DNA of 64,000 nt from Bacillales bacterium UBA6120 (GTDB taxonomy: Bacteria > Bacillota_I > Bacilli_A > RFN20 > CAG-826), in NCBI GenBank assembly GCA_002422535.1, contig DIVY01000010.1, forward strand, positions 4,172 through 68,171, written 5' to 3'. The position numbers and the translations under genes were made by a program. The notes under the pieces were generated by a model. That model was not told the origin of the DNA. It did no database searches and was given only the letters and a program-made list of their open reading frames with translations. Each line of letters begins with the position of its first letter. Position 1 is the stretch's first letter. Shown here one piece after another: positions 47,981-58,192 of this stretch.

Positions 47981-49744
47981 ATGATTGATTACAAACCATT
48001 ACTGACCAACTTACCAAAACTACCAGGCGTTTACTTAATGAAAAACGACCATGGCCAGATTATCTATGTGGGCAAAGCCAAAGATTTATCGAAACGCGTC
48101 GCCCAATATTTTACGCGCCCGCAAAGCGGTAAAGTCCAAGCGATGGTCAATGCCATCGCCACCTTCGACACAATCATAACTAAAAGCGAAAAGGAAGCGC
48201 TCATCCTCGAGATGAACCTGATCCATGAGCATTACCCCCGTTATAACATCATGCTCAAGGATGGTGGTCACTATCCCTACATCGCCTTAAGAAAAGGGAA
48301 TGACCCTCATCTTAAAATAGCGAGACGAAATACCGATAAAGGTTATCTTTACTTTGGACCCTATCCCAATTCACGAAGCGCCTATCGGACGATGGATTTG
48401 TTAAATAAGGTGTTTCCACTTCGAAAATGTAACATCATGCCCCATACGGCGTGCCTATATTATCACCTCGGCCAGTGTCTTGCTCCTTGTATCAACAATA
48501 TCGATGAAACGACATACAATAAGCTTTCAGGCGATATTCAGTCGTTTTTAAGTGGTAAAATTGACAGTGTGGTCAAGCAATACCAAACAAAGATGAAAGA
48601 TGCGAGCGATGCCTTAAACTATGAATTAGCCCTAGAATACAAACATATCATCGATGATATCAAGGCAACATTAAGCCCCCAAAATATGGAGATCAAAGAT
48701 CAAACAGATCGTGATATCCTTGCCTTCTCCGAGCGGGAAGGTTATGTGGCGTTGGCTGTTTTGATTGTTAGAAAAGGGATGACCTTGGGAAAGAAATTGT
48801 TCGTGCTTGAACGGTTCGATGCGTTAAATGAGCAGTTAGTGGACATCATCGGTCAATATTATCGTGAGAAAACGCTGCCAAGTGAAATCGTTGTTTCTAA
48901 TCCAAAGTTGGCCCATCTTGTGGCCGATTCATTAGAAGTCAAAACTTCGAGCCCGACGCGCGGTCCTTTATTTGATTTAGCGACGATGGCCCTTAAAAAT
49001 GCGATGCAAGGACTTGATGACCACTTTATGACGGCCCGTCTAGATGACGACAAGCTTCAGTTATTAGAAACGCTTGGAGCCAAATTAAATATTAAATTGC
49101 CGGTAAGGATTGAGCTATTCGATAATTCGCACTTGCAAGGCAGCAGTCCGGTCGGGGCCATGGTTGTCTTCATTAATGGGGAACCTGTGAAGAAGATGTA
49201 CCGGAAATTCCACATCGAACAAAATGAGAAACGAAACGATTTGGCTTCGATGAAAGAAGTAATATATCGTCGTTATAGCCGTCTTGTCAATGAAGCAGGG
49301 GAACTTCCGGATTTAATTCTTGTCGATGGCGGCCTCGAACAAGTGAAAGCCGCGAGTGAAAGTTTAACGAAAGTTGGAATTGATATACCATTATTTGGTT
49401 TGTTCAAAAATGACAAGCACCAGACTCGCGGGGTCGTCGCCCGTGAGGGAACGCCCATTGATTTAGTCAGTGAGCCATCGCTTTTCTTCCTGCTTGTGAG
49501 AATGCAAGACGAGGTGCATCGATATGCGATTAGTTTCCATCGGGCCTTGGAACGAAAAAAAGCGACCAAATCGCTATTTGACGATATTCCGGGCTTTGGT
49601 CCCAAACGACGACAGTTGATTGAGCAAACATATCGCTCACTCGATGAACTGCGGCAGGCTAGCCTGCAAGAACTCGAACAAATGTTGCCCTCTCAAGTCG
49701 CCCTCGCCCTATATCGTAAATTACAAAATACGAATACCAATTAA
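47981..49744 (+). CDS. uvrC: Excinuclease ABC subunit C
   Basis: 587 aa. N-terminal GIY-YIG (GVYLMKNDHGQIIYVGKAKDL), UvrBC domain and C-terminal HhH. Confidence 0.95.
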   Translation: MIDYKPLLTNLPKLPGVYLMKNDHGQIIYVGKAKDLSKRVAQYFTRPQSGKVQAMVNAIATFDTIITKSEKEALILEMNLIHEHYPRYNIMLKDGGHYPYIALRKGNDPHLKIARRNTDKGYLYFGPYPNSRSAYRTMDLLNKVFPLRKCNIMPHTACLYYHLGQCLAPCINNIDETTYNKLSGDIQSFLSGKIDSVVKQYQTKMKDASDALNYELALEYKHIIDDIKATLSPQNMEIKDQTDRDILAFSEREGYVALAVLIVRKGMTLGKKLFVLERFDALNEQLVDIIGQYYREKTLPSEIVVSNPKLAHLVADSLEVKTSSPTRGPLFDLATMALKNAMQGLDDHFMTARLDDDKLQLLETLGAKLNIKLPVRIELFDNSHLQGSSPVGAMVVFINGEPVKKMYRKFHIEQNEKRNDLASMKEVIYRRYSRLVNEAGELPDLILVDGGLEQVKAASESLTKVGIDIPLFGLFKNDKHQTRGVVAREGTPIDLVSEPSLFFLLVRMQDEVHRYAISFHRALERKKATKSLFDDIPGFGPKRRQLIEQTYRSLDELRQASLQELEQMLPSQVALALYRKLQNTNTN

Positions 49745-49778
49745 TCCTTGCCACAATTATGATATATTTATAGCGCCT

Positions 49779-49855
49779 GTCCCCATAGCTCAGTTGGATA
49801 GAGCAACGGCCTTCTAAGCCGTAGGTCAAGCGTTCGAGTCGCTTTGGGGACGCCA
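49779..49855 (+). tRNA. tRNA-Arg (anticodon UCU)
   Basis: Cloverleaf read by eye. Acceptor GTCCCCA/TGGGGAC, D-arm GCTCAGTTGGATAGAGC, anticodon stem ACGGC/GCCGT with loop CTTCTAA, T-arm GTTCGAGTC, discriminator G. CCA is encoded. Confidence 0.85.
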
Positions 49856-49862
49856 TCGAAAT

Positions 49863-49888
49863 AGCCTGACTTTTGTCAGGTTTTTTTC
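49863..49888 (+). terminator. Intrinsic terminator after tRNA-Arg
   Basis: Hairpin CCTGAC-TTTT-GTCAGG followed by TTTTTTT. Confidence 0.8.
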
Positions 49889-49959
49889 AAACATAGGGCT
49901 ACCTCTCGTGGAAAAGAGTAAAGCGCTCTAAATTTGATTAATCGGAGTATAATTTATTT

Positions 49960-50838
49960 GTGAAAAATAACTATGAACAATTATTAAATCGTCGCGCGTT
50001 TGATCAAATCATTTCATTGACCAAAAATGATGTTTCACTTTCGGGGCTTATGGCGCGTTTGATTAGCCTTAGCGAAACCGGTTTCGACGAAGACGCCCTG
50101 CTGCTTATCGACCAATATTTCGATGTATTGAAACAAGACGTAAAACGCTTGTTCCCTTTACATAGTCAGCTGTTAAGGCGTCGCCAAGATAAATTGGCAG
50201 GATTTCGATATCTCGCCTTATATGAAACGCTACCTTATGCTTCAATTGAAGTTGAAGAAGGCATGAAGGAATTTCGATTATGGTTGCAGGAAGTTGATGC
50301 CCCTAAAAAATTTAATAGCGCCGCTTGGCGCGAGCTCGTAAATAGTGGCGCCAGCGACAAGATTTTAAAAGGTTTGGCACGTTTGCCTTTAACCATGGTG
50401 CCCACGCACATAGCCGCATTGATGCCCTTGTTAAAAAAACCCCATTCATCGATTGTTCGCTTTCAAACATTGATTCTTTTAGTGGGAGCTAAAGTTGAAG
50501 ATACCTTCATCTATGATGGTGGCGATTTCTCGATGGAAGTGAATCCATCGTTGCTGGATTTACCGCTTAAAAGCATGGAAGCAACGACATTTGTCGAGTC
50601 ATTAAAGAAGACAAATGCCGACCCATCAACTATCGAATTAGCGCTAAATTTGTTAGAGCAATATGCGATTGCCATTTATCCCCAAGAGCCGCCATTTGAA
50701 GATTCAGACCATCTTTTAGCAGCGCTATTCATGCTTGTGCAGCGCTACCTTGGTGTAAAACAGCCGAGCCTTAGTCCGATCGCGGGCCTCATTGGCGAAG
50801 AAATCGAACACGGATTGCTGCAATTTAAGAATAGTTAA
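49960..50838 (+). CDS. Hypothetical protein, no recognisable domain
   Basis: 292-aa ORF with a GTG start at 49960 per the ORF track. It is helix-rich and acidic, with no signal peptide or TM segment. Codon usage is similar to its neighbours. Confidence 0.55.
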   Translation: MKNNYEQLLNRRAFDQIISLTKNDVSLSGLMARLISLSETGFDEDALLLIDQYFDVLKQDVKRLFPLHSQLLRRRQDKLAGFRYLALYETLPYASIEVEEGMKEFRLWLQEVDAPKKFNSAAWRELVNSGASDKILKGLARLPLTMVPTHIAALMPLLKKPHSSIVRFQTLILLVGAKVEDTFIYDGGDFSMEVNPSLLDLPLKSMEATTFVESLKKTNADPSTIELALNLLEQYAIAIYPQEPPFEDSDHLLAALFMLVQRYLGVKQPSLSPIAGLIGEEIEHGLLQFKNS

Positions 50839-50914
50839 TAAGCGTAATCATTGAATATTCGTATTATTTTTAGTATATTTACAAACGTGTAACTACCACA
50901 ACAGGAGATAAATA

Positions 50915-52189
50915 ATGAAACACGAAGTCACAAAATTACAAAATTCGCAAACCGAAATTTCGATGGTGTTTGAAGAAAACGAATGGAAGCAAGCGACGAA
51001 GAAGGCATTCGATAAAATAGTCGCCAATCTCGAAGTCCCCGGATTTCGCAAAGGCCATGTCCCCGAAGCCATCGCCAAAGCGCGAATCGACAACACCAAG
51101 ATGTATAATACCGCTATCGATAGTCTTTTAAGCGATGCCTATCGCAACGTTGTCGCCGAAGAGAAGATCGTGCCTTGGGCGCGTCCTAATGTTGAAGTTA
51201 CCAAGATGAGTGAAACCGAACTTGAAATTAAAATTTCGGTGTTGACCGCTCCTGAGGTGAAACTTGGACAATATAAAGGCCATCATGTCGATAAAAAAAT
51301 CCCCACAGTGTCCAAAGAGCAGATTGACGATGAAATTAAGCGCATCCAAGCGCAAAACGCGGAAATCATCCTCAAAGATGGTCCCGCGGCTATCGGCGAT
51401 ACGGTTGTTATCGACTTTGAAGGCTTTGTCGATGGCAAACCATTTGAAGGCGGCAAAGCTGAAAACCATTCGCTCGAACTGGGCTCGGGTCAATTCATTC
51501 CCGGCTTTGAAGAACAACTCGTTGGCTTAAAGGCGGGCGCTGCGAAAGAGATCAACGTGACTTTCCCGGCATCCTATGCTAAAGAACTCGCCGGCAAGGA
51601 AGCGATGTTTAAAATCATCGTCCATGAAGTTAAAGAGAAGAAAGTCCCCGAGGTTGGGCAAGCGCTCTTCGATGAACTTAAAATAAGTGAAGTCACATCC
51701 AAGGAATCATTCGAAGAACACGTTAAGACCAATTTAATGAAGCAAGAAGAAGAAAATGTCCAAAAAGAGTACTATGAAGCGTTACTCGCTAAAATCACCG
51801 ATCTCGCCGAAATTGATTTAAATCACGATATCATCCATGATGAGGTCGATGCCATGCACGAGCGCCTCGAACAAGACGTCAAACAAAACGGCATGACGTT
51901 TGAACAATACCTCGAGATGAGCGGTCAAACCGAAGAAACGCTCCATCATAAGTTACATGAAGAAGCCGAACGCAATATCCGGGCTTCACTCGTGCTTGAA
52001 AAGATTGCCGAAATTGAAGAAATCACGATTTCACCAGAATTAGTCGATTTTGAAATCGCCAAGATTGCCGATCAGTACAAAATGGAATTCGACAAGGTCA
52101 AAGAAATTTTGACCAAAGATATGAACCGCTTTATCGCCGATATCAAAACGCGGCATATTCGCGATTTCTTATTACAAAATAACGATTAA
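50915..52189 (+). CDS. tig: Trigger factor (ribosome-associated PPIase chaperone)
   Basis: 424 aa. N-terminal ribosome-binding region with GFRKGHVP motif, a central FKBP-like domain and a C-terminal arm. Confidence 0.93.
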   Translation: MKHEVTKLQNSQTEISMVFEENEWKQATKKAFDKIVANLEVPGFRKGHVPEAIAKARIDNTKMYNTAIDSLLSDAYRNVVAEEKIVPWARPNVEVTKMSETELEIKISVLTAPEVKLGQYKGHHVDKKIPTVSKEQIDDEIKRIQAQNAEIILKDGPAAIGDTVVIDFEGFVDGKPFEGGKAENHSLELGSGQFIPGFEEQLVGLKAGAAKEINVTFPASYAKELAGKEAMFKIIVHEVKEKKVPEVGQALFDELKISEVTSKESFEEHVKTNLMKQEEENVQKEYYEALLAKITDLAEIDLNHDIIHDEVDAMHERLEQDVKQNGMTFEQYLEMSGQTEETLHHKLHEEAERNIRASLVLEKIAEIEEITISPELVDFEIAKIADQYKMEFDKVKEILTKDMNRFIADIKTRHIRDFLLQNND

Positions 52190-52209
52190 AATAATAAAGG
52201 AGCAAGCTT

Positions 52210-54522
52210 ATGAGCGAAGAATCCTACCGTCTACCATTACTCATCACCCGAGGGATGGTTTTATTTCCTAACCAAATCCAACCAATTGAAGCGGGCCGGC
52301 CTTTTTCGGTCACGGCGATTGATGAAGCCCACCGCAACTATAACGATTTAATTCTTGTCGTGAGTCAACATAGCCCCGAAGTCGACGAGCCCAATATTGA
52401 TGAGTTTTATTCGTTTGGTGTCCTTGGTCGCATATCCAACCTTCAGGCTAACAAGAAGTATACAAGACTACGCATCATGCCGCTGTCACGCGTTGAATTA
52501 ACGGAAATTGAAAACGATGGCACGATGTGGCTTGCTACAGGTACCGTCAAACAAGATATCAGCGGCGATCATAAAACAGAAGTCGCCCTTGTTCGAAACA
52601 TCATCTCGAATTTAGAAAATATGCAAGTGGTGACGAGCCGATTACCCAAAGAATTGATTAATCAATTATCAAAGGGCGTATCGGCGACCGATATTACCGA
52701 TATGCTCGCCAATTTATTACCAATGACGATTGAGCAAAAGCAAAAAGTGTTGGAAACGCTCGAACTTAACGAACGCCTCAAACTCGTGATGGAAGCGATT
52801 AAGGAAGAAAAAGAAATATCCGATATCGATAAGCATCTGCAAGAAGAAGTGCGTAAATCCGCCGAGAAAAATCAGCGCGAGTATTTCTTACGGGAAAAAC
52901 TTAAAGCGATTAAAGCCGAACTGGGCGAAGATCCTGATGGCGAGGATAGCGACTCGTTAATCGAACGCCTTGAAAAAGGCGAATATCCCGAATTTATTAA
53001 AAATAAGGTCAGGGCCGAACTTAAACGCGCCGAAATGATGCCCCAAGCATCGCTAGAAGCCTCGTTAATAAAGGCTTATGTCGAAACCTTAATGGATGTC
53101 CCCTGGTGGCAGAAGACGGCCGATAATGATGATTTGCTGAATGTCCAAAAGATTCTGGATGAAGACCACTACGGTCTTGATAAGGTCAAAAAACGGATCG
53201 TCGAGTACTTAGCGGTCAAAAAGATGACCGGTAATTTAAAAGCGCCGATTTTGTGCTTCTATGGGCCACCTGGCGTCGGCAAAACGTCACTTGGCAAGTC
53301 GATTGCCCGCGCGCTTGGAAGAAAATTTATCAAAGCCTCACTTGGAGGTATCTCCGATGAAGCCGAAATTCGCGGTCACCGCCGCACCTATGTGGGCGCG
53401 ATGCCTGGCCGCATTATTAACGGGATGAAAAAATCGGGTGTCATTAATCCCGTATTTTTACTCGATGAAATCGATAAGCTCGGCTCATCATATAAAGGCG
53501 ATCCCTCAAACGCGCTATTAGAGGTACTCGATCCCGAACAAAACTTTGCCTTCAACGATAATTATCTTGAAGAACCATATGATTTAAGTAATGTGCTATT
53601 TATTGGCACGGCAAACTATCTTGACGATGTGCCGCCACCGCTACGCGACCGGCTTGAACTAATCGAAGTCAATTCTTATACCGAACTTGAAAAGACGGAA
53701 ATCGCTAGGCGCCACCTAATCAATAAGCAACTATTAGCCAATGGCTTAACCAAAGACCAAGTGTCGTTCACGAAAGAAGCCATCTTGGCAATCATTCAGC
53801 TGTATACCAGAGAGGCCGGCGTGCGCGAACTAGAACGGAAACTGGCGTCAATCTGTCGTAAGGTTGTTGTCGATTTATTGACAAATCCCGACCTTAATAA
53901 GGTTAAAGTGACACCAGTTGAAGTTAAAAAATACCTTGGTGTCCCTTTATTCGATAATTCTAAGAAGGAAAAAACGCCACAAGTTGGCGTCGTGACTGGG
54001 CTGGCCTATACGCACTTTGGTGGCGATATTCTCCCAATTGAAGTCAATCACTTCCCCGGCAGCGGAAAACTCGTTTTGACCGGAAATTTAGGCGATGTCA
54101 TGAAAGAGAGCGCCACGATTGCCCTCGACTTTATCCAAGCCAACGCTAAAAACTACGGGATTGAAAGCAGCATGTTCAAAGAACGCGACATTCACATTCA
54201 CGTCCCCGAAGGGGCCGTCCCCAAAGATGGGCCCAGCGCCGGTGTGGCGATGACCGTGGCCATTATCTCGGCGCTGACTGGCAAAGCTGTCAGTAGTGAA
54301 GTGGCAATGACCGGCGAAGTAACCCTCCGTGGTAACGTGTTACCAATTGGTGGCTTGCGCGAAAAAACGCTCGCGGCTTTAAGAAGCGGCATCAAAACAG
54401 TCATCATTCCTGAAGAAAACAAGAAATCGGTCGATGAACTCGCCAAAGAAGTGACCGAACGATTGACGATCATCTACATGCAAAAAGTCGATGATGCGCT
54501 GGAAGCCGCCCTTGTCAAATAG
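52210..54522 (+). CDS. lon: ATP-dependent Lon protease
   Basis: 770 aa. N-terminal LON domain, Walker A GPPGVGKTS, and protease Ser motif PKDGPSAGVAM. Confidence 0.95.
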   Translation: MSEESYRLPLLITRGMVLFPNQIQPIEAGRPFSVTAIDEAHRNYNDLILVVSQHSPEVDEPNIDEFYSFGVLGRISNLQANKKYTRLRIMPLSRVELTEIENDGTMWLATGTVKQDISGDHKTEVALVRNIISNLENMQVVTSRLPKELINQLSKGVSATDITDMLANLLPMTIEQKQKVLETLELNERLKLVMEAIKEEKEISDIDKHLQEEVRKSAEKNQREYFLREKLKAIKAELGEDPDGEDSDSLIERLEKGEYPEFIKNKVRAELKRAEMMPQASLEASLIKAYVETLMDVPWWQKTADNDDLLNVQKILDEDHYGLDKVKKRIVEYLAVKKMTGNLKAPILCFYGPPGVGKTSLGKSIARALGRKFIKASLGGISDEAEIRGHRRTYVGAMPGRIINGMKKSGVINPVFLLDEIDKLGSSYKGDPSNALLEVLDPEQNFAFNDNYLEEPYDLSNVLFIGTANYLDDVPPPLRDRLELIEVNSYTELEKTEIARRHLINKQLLANGLTKDQVSFTKEAILAIIQLYTREAGVRELERKLASICRKVVVDLLTNPDLNKVKVTPVEVKKYLGVPLFDNSKKEKTPQVGVVTGLAYTHFGGDILPIEVNHFPGSGKLVLTGNLGDVMKESATIALDFIQANAKNYGIESSMFKERDIHIHVPEGAVPKDGPSAGVAMTVAIISALTGKAVSSEVAMTGEVTLRGNVLPIGGLREKTLAALRSGIKTVIIPEENKKSVDELAKEVTERLTIIYMQKVDDALEAALVK

Positions 54523-55107
54523 ATGAAGCTTAACTTTTCCCGCGTGCAATTTATCAAAAGCGCACCGCGTGTTGCCGATAAACCGACGCCAGCGTTAAAA
54601 GAACTCGTTTTTGTCGGGCGCAGCAATGTGGGAAAAAGCAGTCTCATTAATCTTTTAACGGGGCATCCGATTGCCAAAGTATCGGGCAAACCCGGCAAGA
54701 CGATTTTTTTGAATTATTTTAGCGTCGATGATAAATTTTATCTTGTCGACGCCCCAGGATATGGTTATACCGCTTCAGGAAGCCGCCATACGACGAATTT
54801 TTCGCAGATGATGGAAGAATATTTTAAAGATAACGTCAACCTTAAAGGGGTCATATTATTACTGGATTCTCGGCATACCCCGTCGAGTGATGACCTGGCG
54901 TTTTATTCATTTGTAAAGAAAACGAATTATCCCCTGGTCATCGTCTTGACAAAAACCGATAAACTCAACCAAAAAGAAGCGGCCTCGTTTTTAAAAGAAA
55001 CCGCGCGTCTCGGTCTTGATTTAACGGATAGTATTCAGACCTCAACACTTGAAAAACGCGGCTTTGACGACCTTCAAGCGCGATTAGCACAACTCATCGG
55101 TGATTAG
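54523..55107 (+). CDS. engB: Ribosome biogenesis GTPase EngB/YsxC
   Basis: 194 aa. G1 GRSNVGKSS, G3 DAPGYG, G4 TKTDK. lon-ysxC synteny as in Bacillus. Confidence 0.92.
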   Translation: MKLNFSRVQFIKSAPRVADKPTPALKELVFVGRSNVGKSSLINLLTGHPIAKVSGKPGKTIFLNYFSVDDKFYLVDAPGYGYTASGSRHTTNFSQMMEEYFKDNVNLKGVILLLDSRHTPSSDDLAFYSFVKKTNYPLVIVLTKTDKLNQKEAASFLKETARLGLDLTDSIQTSTLEKRGFDDLQARLAQLIGD

Positions 55108-55147
55108 CTTGTTGCAAATAGGGTTTAAACTCTTTATACTTTTGATA

Positions 55148-55353
55148 TAGGTTAGAGGAGTAATCATACACTTCGCTATTAGAGACCACGCGGATGGTGC
55201 AAGTCGTGGAAGCAAGAGTTGATGAAGTCGCTAATCGGTAATGGACTTAATCGTCCCGTCGCCGGCGTTAACGGCATTAAGCGCATCAAGCAATTGATGA
55301 ATTAAGGTGGTACCGCGCAACTAGCGTCCTTAGATGAGGACGCTTTTATTTTT
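55148..55353 (+). promoter_or_regulatory. T-box leader for valS
   Basis: TTGCAA, 17 nt, TATACT promoter at 55112-55140. GAUGAAG at about 55236 with candidate Val specifier GUA shortly after. T-box AAUUAAGGUGGUACCGCGC, terminator AGCGUCCUUAGAUGAGGACGCUUUUAUUUUU, then the AAGGAG Shine-Dalgarno. Confidence 0.85.
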
Positions 55354-55365
55354 AAGGAGATCGAA

Positions 55366-57975
55366 ATGGCGCTCGATAAACGTTATGACCCCAGGACAAT
55401 TGAACAAAATAAGTATCGCTTTTGGCTGGAGCGCGGTTATTTTCAAACCGGAGATACCAGTCTCCCATCATTTTCGATGGTGATTCCGCCGCCTAACGTT
55501 ACGGGAAAATTACACTTAGGTCACGCCTGGAATGGCACAATTCAAGATATATTAGCCCGTTATAAGCGGCTCAAAGGTTTTGATGTGCTGTGGCTCGCGG
55601 GCATGGATCATGCCGGCATTGCTACCCAAGCCGTCGTCGAAGCTAAACTTCGCGGTGAAGGAAAATCGCGGTTTGAACTTGGTCGGGAAGCGTTTTTAGC
55701 CAAAGTATGGGAATGGAAAGATGTTTATGCCAAAAATATCCGCATGCAATGGGCAAAGATGGGCTTTAGCCTAAATTATGATTATGAGCGATTCACGCTT
55801 GATAAGGGATTAAATGAAGCCGTTAATAAAGTATTTGTCGACCTATATAAAAAGGGATTAATATATCGCGGCGAACGCATCATCAATTGGGATCCGGCTC
55901 AACAGACGGCTTTATCGAATATCGAAGTAATTCATAAAGACGTCGCCGGGAGTTTATATTATGTTTCATATCGTCTAGTGGATACGCTGGAACCATTATT
56001 CGTGGCCACTACGCGCCCCGAGACGATGTTTGGCGATGTTTGCCTTGTGGTTCATCCAGACGATGAACGCTATCAGTCGATGATTGGGCGCCAAGTAATT
56101 AATCCCGCCAACAAACAACAAATTCATATCATTAGCGATGCTTATGTCGATCGGACATTTGGCAGTGGCGTCATGAAATGTACGCCGGCGCATGACCAAA
56201 ATGACTTTGTGATTGGCGAAAAATATGGTCTTGCTCATCCTTCTTGCATGAATGATGATGGGACGATGAATGAACTGGCTGGCGCCTATAAAGGACTTGA
56301 CCGCTTTGAGTGCCGTCAGCAATTGGTGGAGCGGATGCGGCTTGACGGCAACTTGCTGAAGATTGAAACGATAACACATGCCATCGGTTATAGTGAACGA
56401 AGCGATGTCCCGATTGAACCGCGCTTATCAAAGCAATGGTTTGTGAAGATGCGACCACTCGCGGAAGCAGCCATCAAACTTCAGGCGAGCGAGAAGGCCA
56501 TTACTTTCTTTCCCGAACGCTTCGAAAAGACATTTTTGCAATGGATGGACAAGGTTGAAGACTGGTGCATCTCGCGGCAACTTTGGTGGGGTCATCAAAT
56601 ACCGGCTTATTACCATAAATATACTAAAGAAGTAATAGTAAGCGAAAAACCCCCGTTAAATATGCAAAACTATGAACAAGATCAAGATGTCTTAGATACT
56701 TGGTTTAGCTCGGCTTTATGGCCTTTTTCGACCTTGGGCTGGCCCAAAGATACGATGGCTTATAGCCGTTATTTCCCCGTTGATGTGATGGTCACCGCGT
56801 ATGACATTATCTTTTTTTGGGTGTCGCGCATGGTCTTTCAATCGCTCGAATTTACGTCTAAGCGCCCGTTCAAAGACGTCTACATTCACGGACTCATTCG
56901 TGATGAACAGGGTCGCAAAATGTCCAAATCACTGGGAAATGGGGTTGACCCCATGGATGTTATCTCCCAGTATGGGGCCGATGCCTTACGCTATTTTTTA
57001 GCCACTAACTCCACGCCCGGACAAGATACGCGCTATATTGAAGAGAAAGTGAGCTCCGCTGCCAATTACCTTAACAAGATTTGGAATGCTGCGCGCTATA
57101 TCCTGATGACGATTCCCAGTTCAATCACTCCAAAAGAATTAAACGCCAATGACCTTGGTCCGCTTGATAAATACATAATGAGTCGCCTCCAGCAAACGAT
57201 CGATAACGTGGCCAGTAATCTCGATAAATATGAACTAGGCATGGCTTCATCGTATTTGTATGACTTTGTCTACGATGACTTTTGTTCCTGGTACCTAGAA
57301 TTGAGCAAGGTAACCCTCAATAGTTTGGATACCGATAAGATAGCCACCACGCATCAAGTGCTCTATCACTGCCTGAAAGCGATTCTTGTGATGATTTATC
57401 CATTTTGTCCCTTTATATCCGAAGAAATATATCAAAATATGCCGTTCCATAAAACATCAATCATGGAAGAAAAATACCCGGACTCACGTCGTGATTACGA
57501 TGATGCGCCAAGCCTTAATGATGTCACATTGCTGCAAAGCATCATCAAAGATGTACGCAACTATAAAGTAACGCATCAATTACCGCCCAATCACGAGTTA
57601 ACGCTTTATATCACCGCGAAAAATGAGCACTTCATCGCTATGTACCGCTCTTACATTGAACGGTTTACCTTTTCTTTAATCGCTTTAGAAGTCGATGCTT
57701 CACAGCTTGTTGATAACGCTCCGTTTACCTACCCATCAGGTGAACTTATCATCATCGAAGGAATTAACCAAGTCGATGCTTTAGCGAAACTTGACGAAGA
57801 TATTTCCAAGGTGCAATACGAAATTGCCCGTGCTTTGAACTTGCTTGATAATCCGGCGTTCCGCTCGAAGGCACCGCATCACAAGATCGAAATGGAAGAA
57901 GAAAAACTGGCGACCCACCGAGCGACACTTCAAGCGTTATTAGAAAAGCGTTCAATCATCGAAAAGATGAAGTAA
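55366..57975 (+). CDS. valS: Valyl-tRNA synthetase
   Basis: 869 aa. HIGH-type motif (NVTGKLHLGHAW), KMSKS, and a C-terminal coiled coil. Confidence 0.97.
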   Translation: MALDKRYDPRTIEQNKYRFWLERGYFQTGDTSLPSFSMVIPPPNVTGKLHLGHAWNGTIQDILARYKRLKGFDVLWLAGMDHAGIATQAVVEAKLRGEGKSRFELGREAFLAKVWEWKDVYAKNIRMQWAKMGFSLNYDYERFTLDKGLNEAVNKVFVDLYKKGLIYRGERIINWDPAQQTALSNIEVIHKDVAGSLYYVSYRLVDTLEPLFVATTRPETMFGDVCLVVHPDDERYQSMIGRQVINPANKQQIHIISDAYVDRTFGSGVMKCTPAHDQNDFVIGEKYGLAHPSCMNDDGTMNELAGAYKGLDRFECRQQLVERMRLDGNLLKIETITHAIGYSERSDVPIEPRLSKQWFVKMRPLAEAAIKLQASEKAITFFPERFEKTFLQWMDKVEDWCISRQLWWGHQIPAYYHKYTKEVIVSEKPPLNMQNYEQDQDVLDTWFSSALWPFSTLGWPKDTMAYSRYFPVDVMVTAYDIIFFWVSRMVFQSLEFTSKRPFKDVYIHGLIRDEQGRKMSKSLGNGVDPMDVISQYGADALRYFLATNSTPGQDTRYIEEKVSSAANYLNKIWNAARYILMTIPSSITPKELNANDLGPLDKYIMSRLQQTIDNVASNLDKYELGMASSYLYDFVYDDFCSWYLELSKVTLNSLDTDKIATTHQVLYHCLKAILVMIYPFCPFISEEIYQNMPFHKTSIMEEKYPDSRRDYDDAPSLNDVTLLQSIIKDVRNYKVTHQLPPNHELTLYITAKNEHFIAMYRSYIERFTFSLIALEVDASQLVDNAPFTYPSGELIIIEGINQVDALAKLDEDISKVQYEIARALNLLDNPAFRSKAPHHKIEMEEEKLATHRATLQALLEKRSIIEKMK

Positions 57976-58015
57976 AACGCGCTTGAACCCACTACTTATA
58001 AGTGGAGGATTCAAG

Positions 58016-58192
58016 ATGGAACGATTAACGGAATTTGAATTACAAACAATTCGCGCTGGCGAAGTGATTTCACTTACGGCGGTGATGGCCATCATGATCA
58101 TCGCTATTTCAGTCATCATCGTCTATCGATTATTTGTGTCCAAGCAAGGAAGCGCGAAGATTCCCGGTGGCTTCACGTTTGAATGGAAATGA
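58016..58192 (+). CDS. Small membrane peptide of 58 aa with a double-glycine-like leader-type N-terminus
   Basis: Reads MERLTEFELQTIRAG EVISLTAVMAIMIIAISVIIVYRLFVSKQGSAKIPGGFTFEWK. GGAGGA Shine-Dalgarno 7 nt upstream. The 3' end overlaps the radC start by 10 nt. Confidence 0.5.
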   Translation: MERLTEFELQTIRAGEVISLTAVMAIMIIAISVIIVYRLFVSKQGSAKIPGGFTFEWK

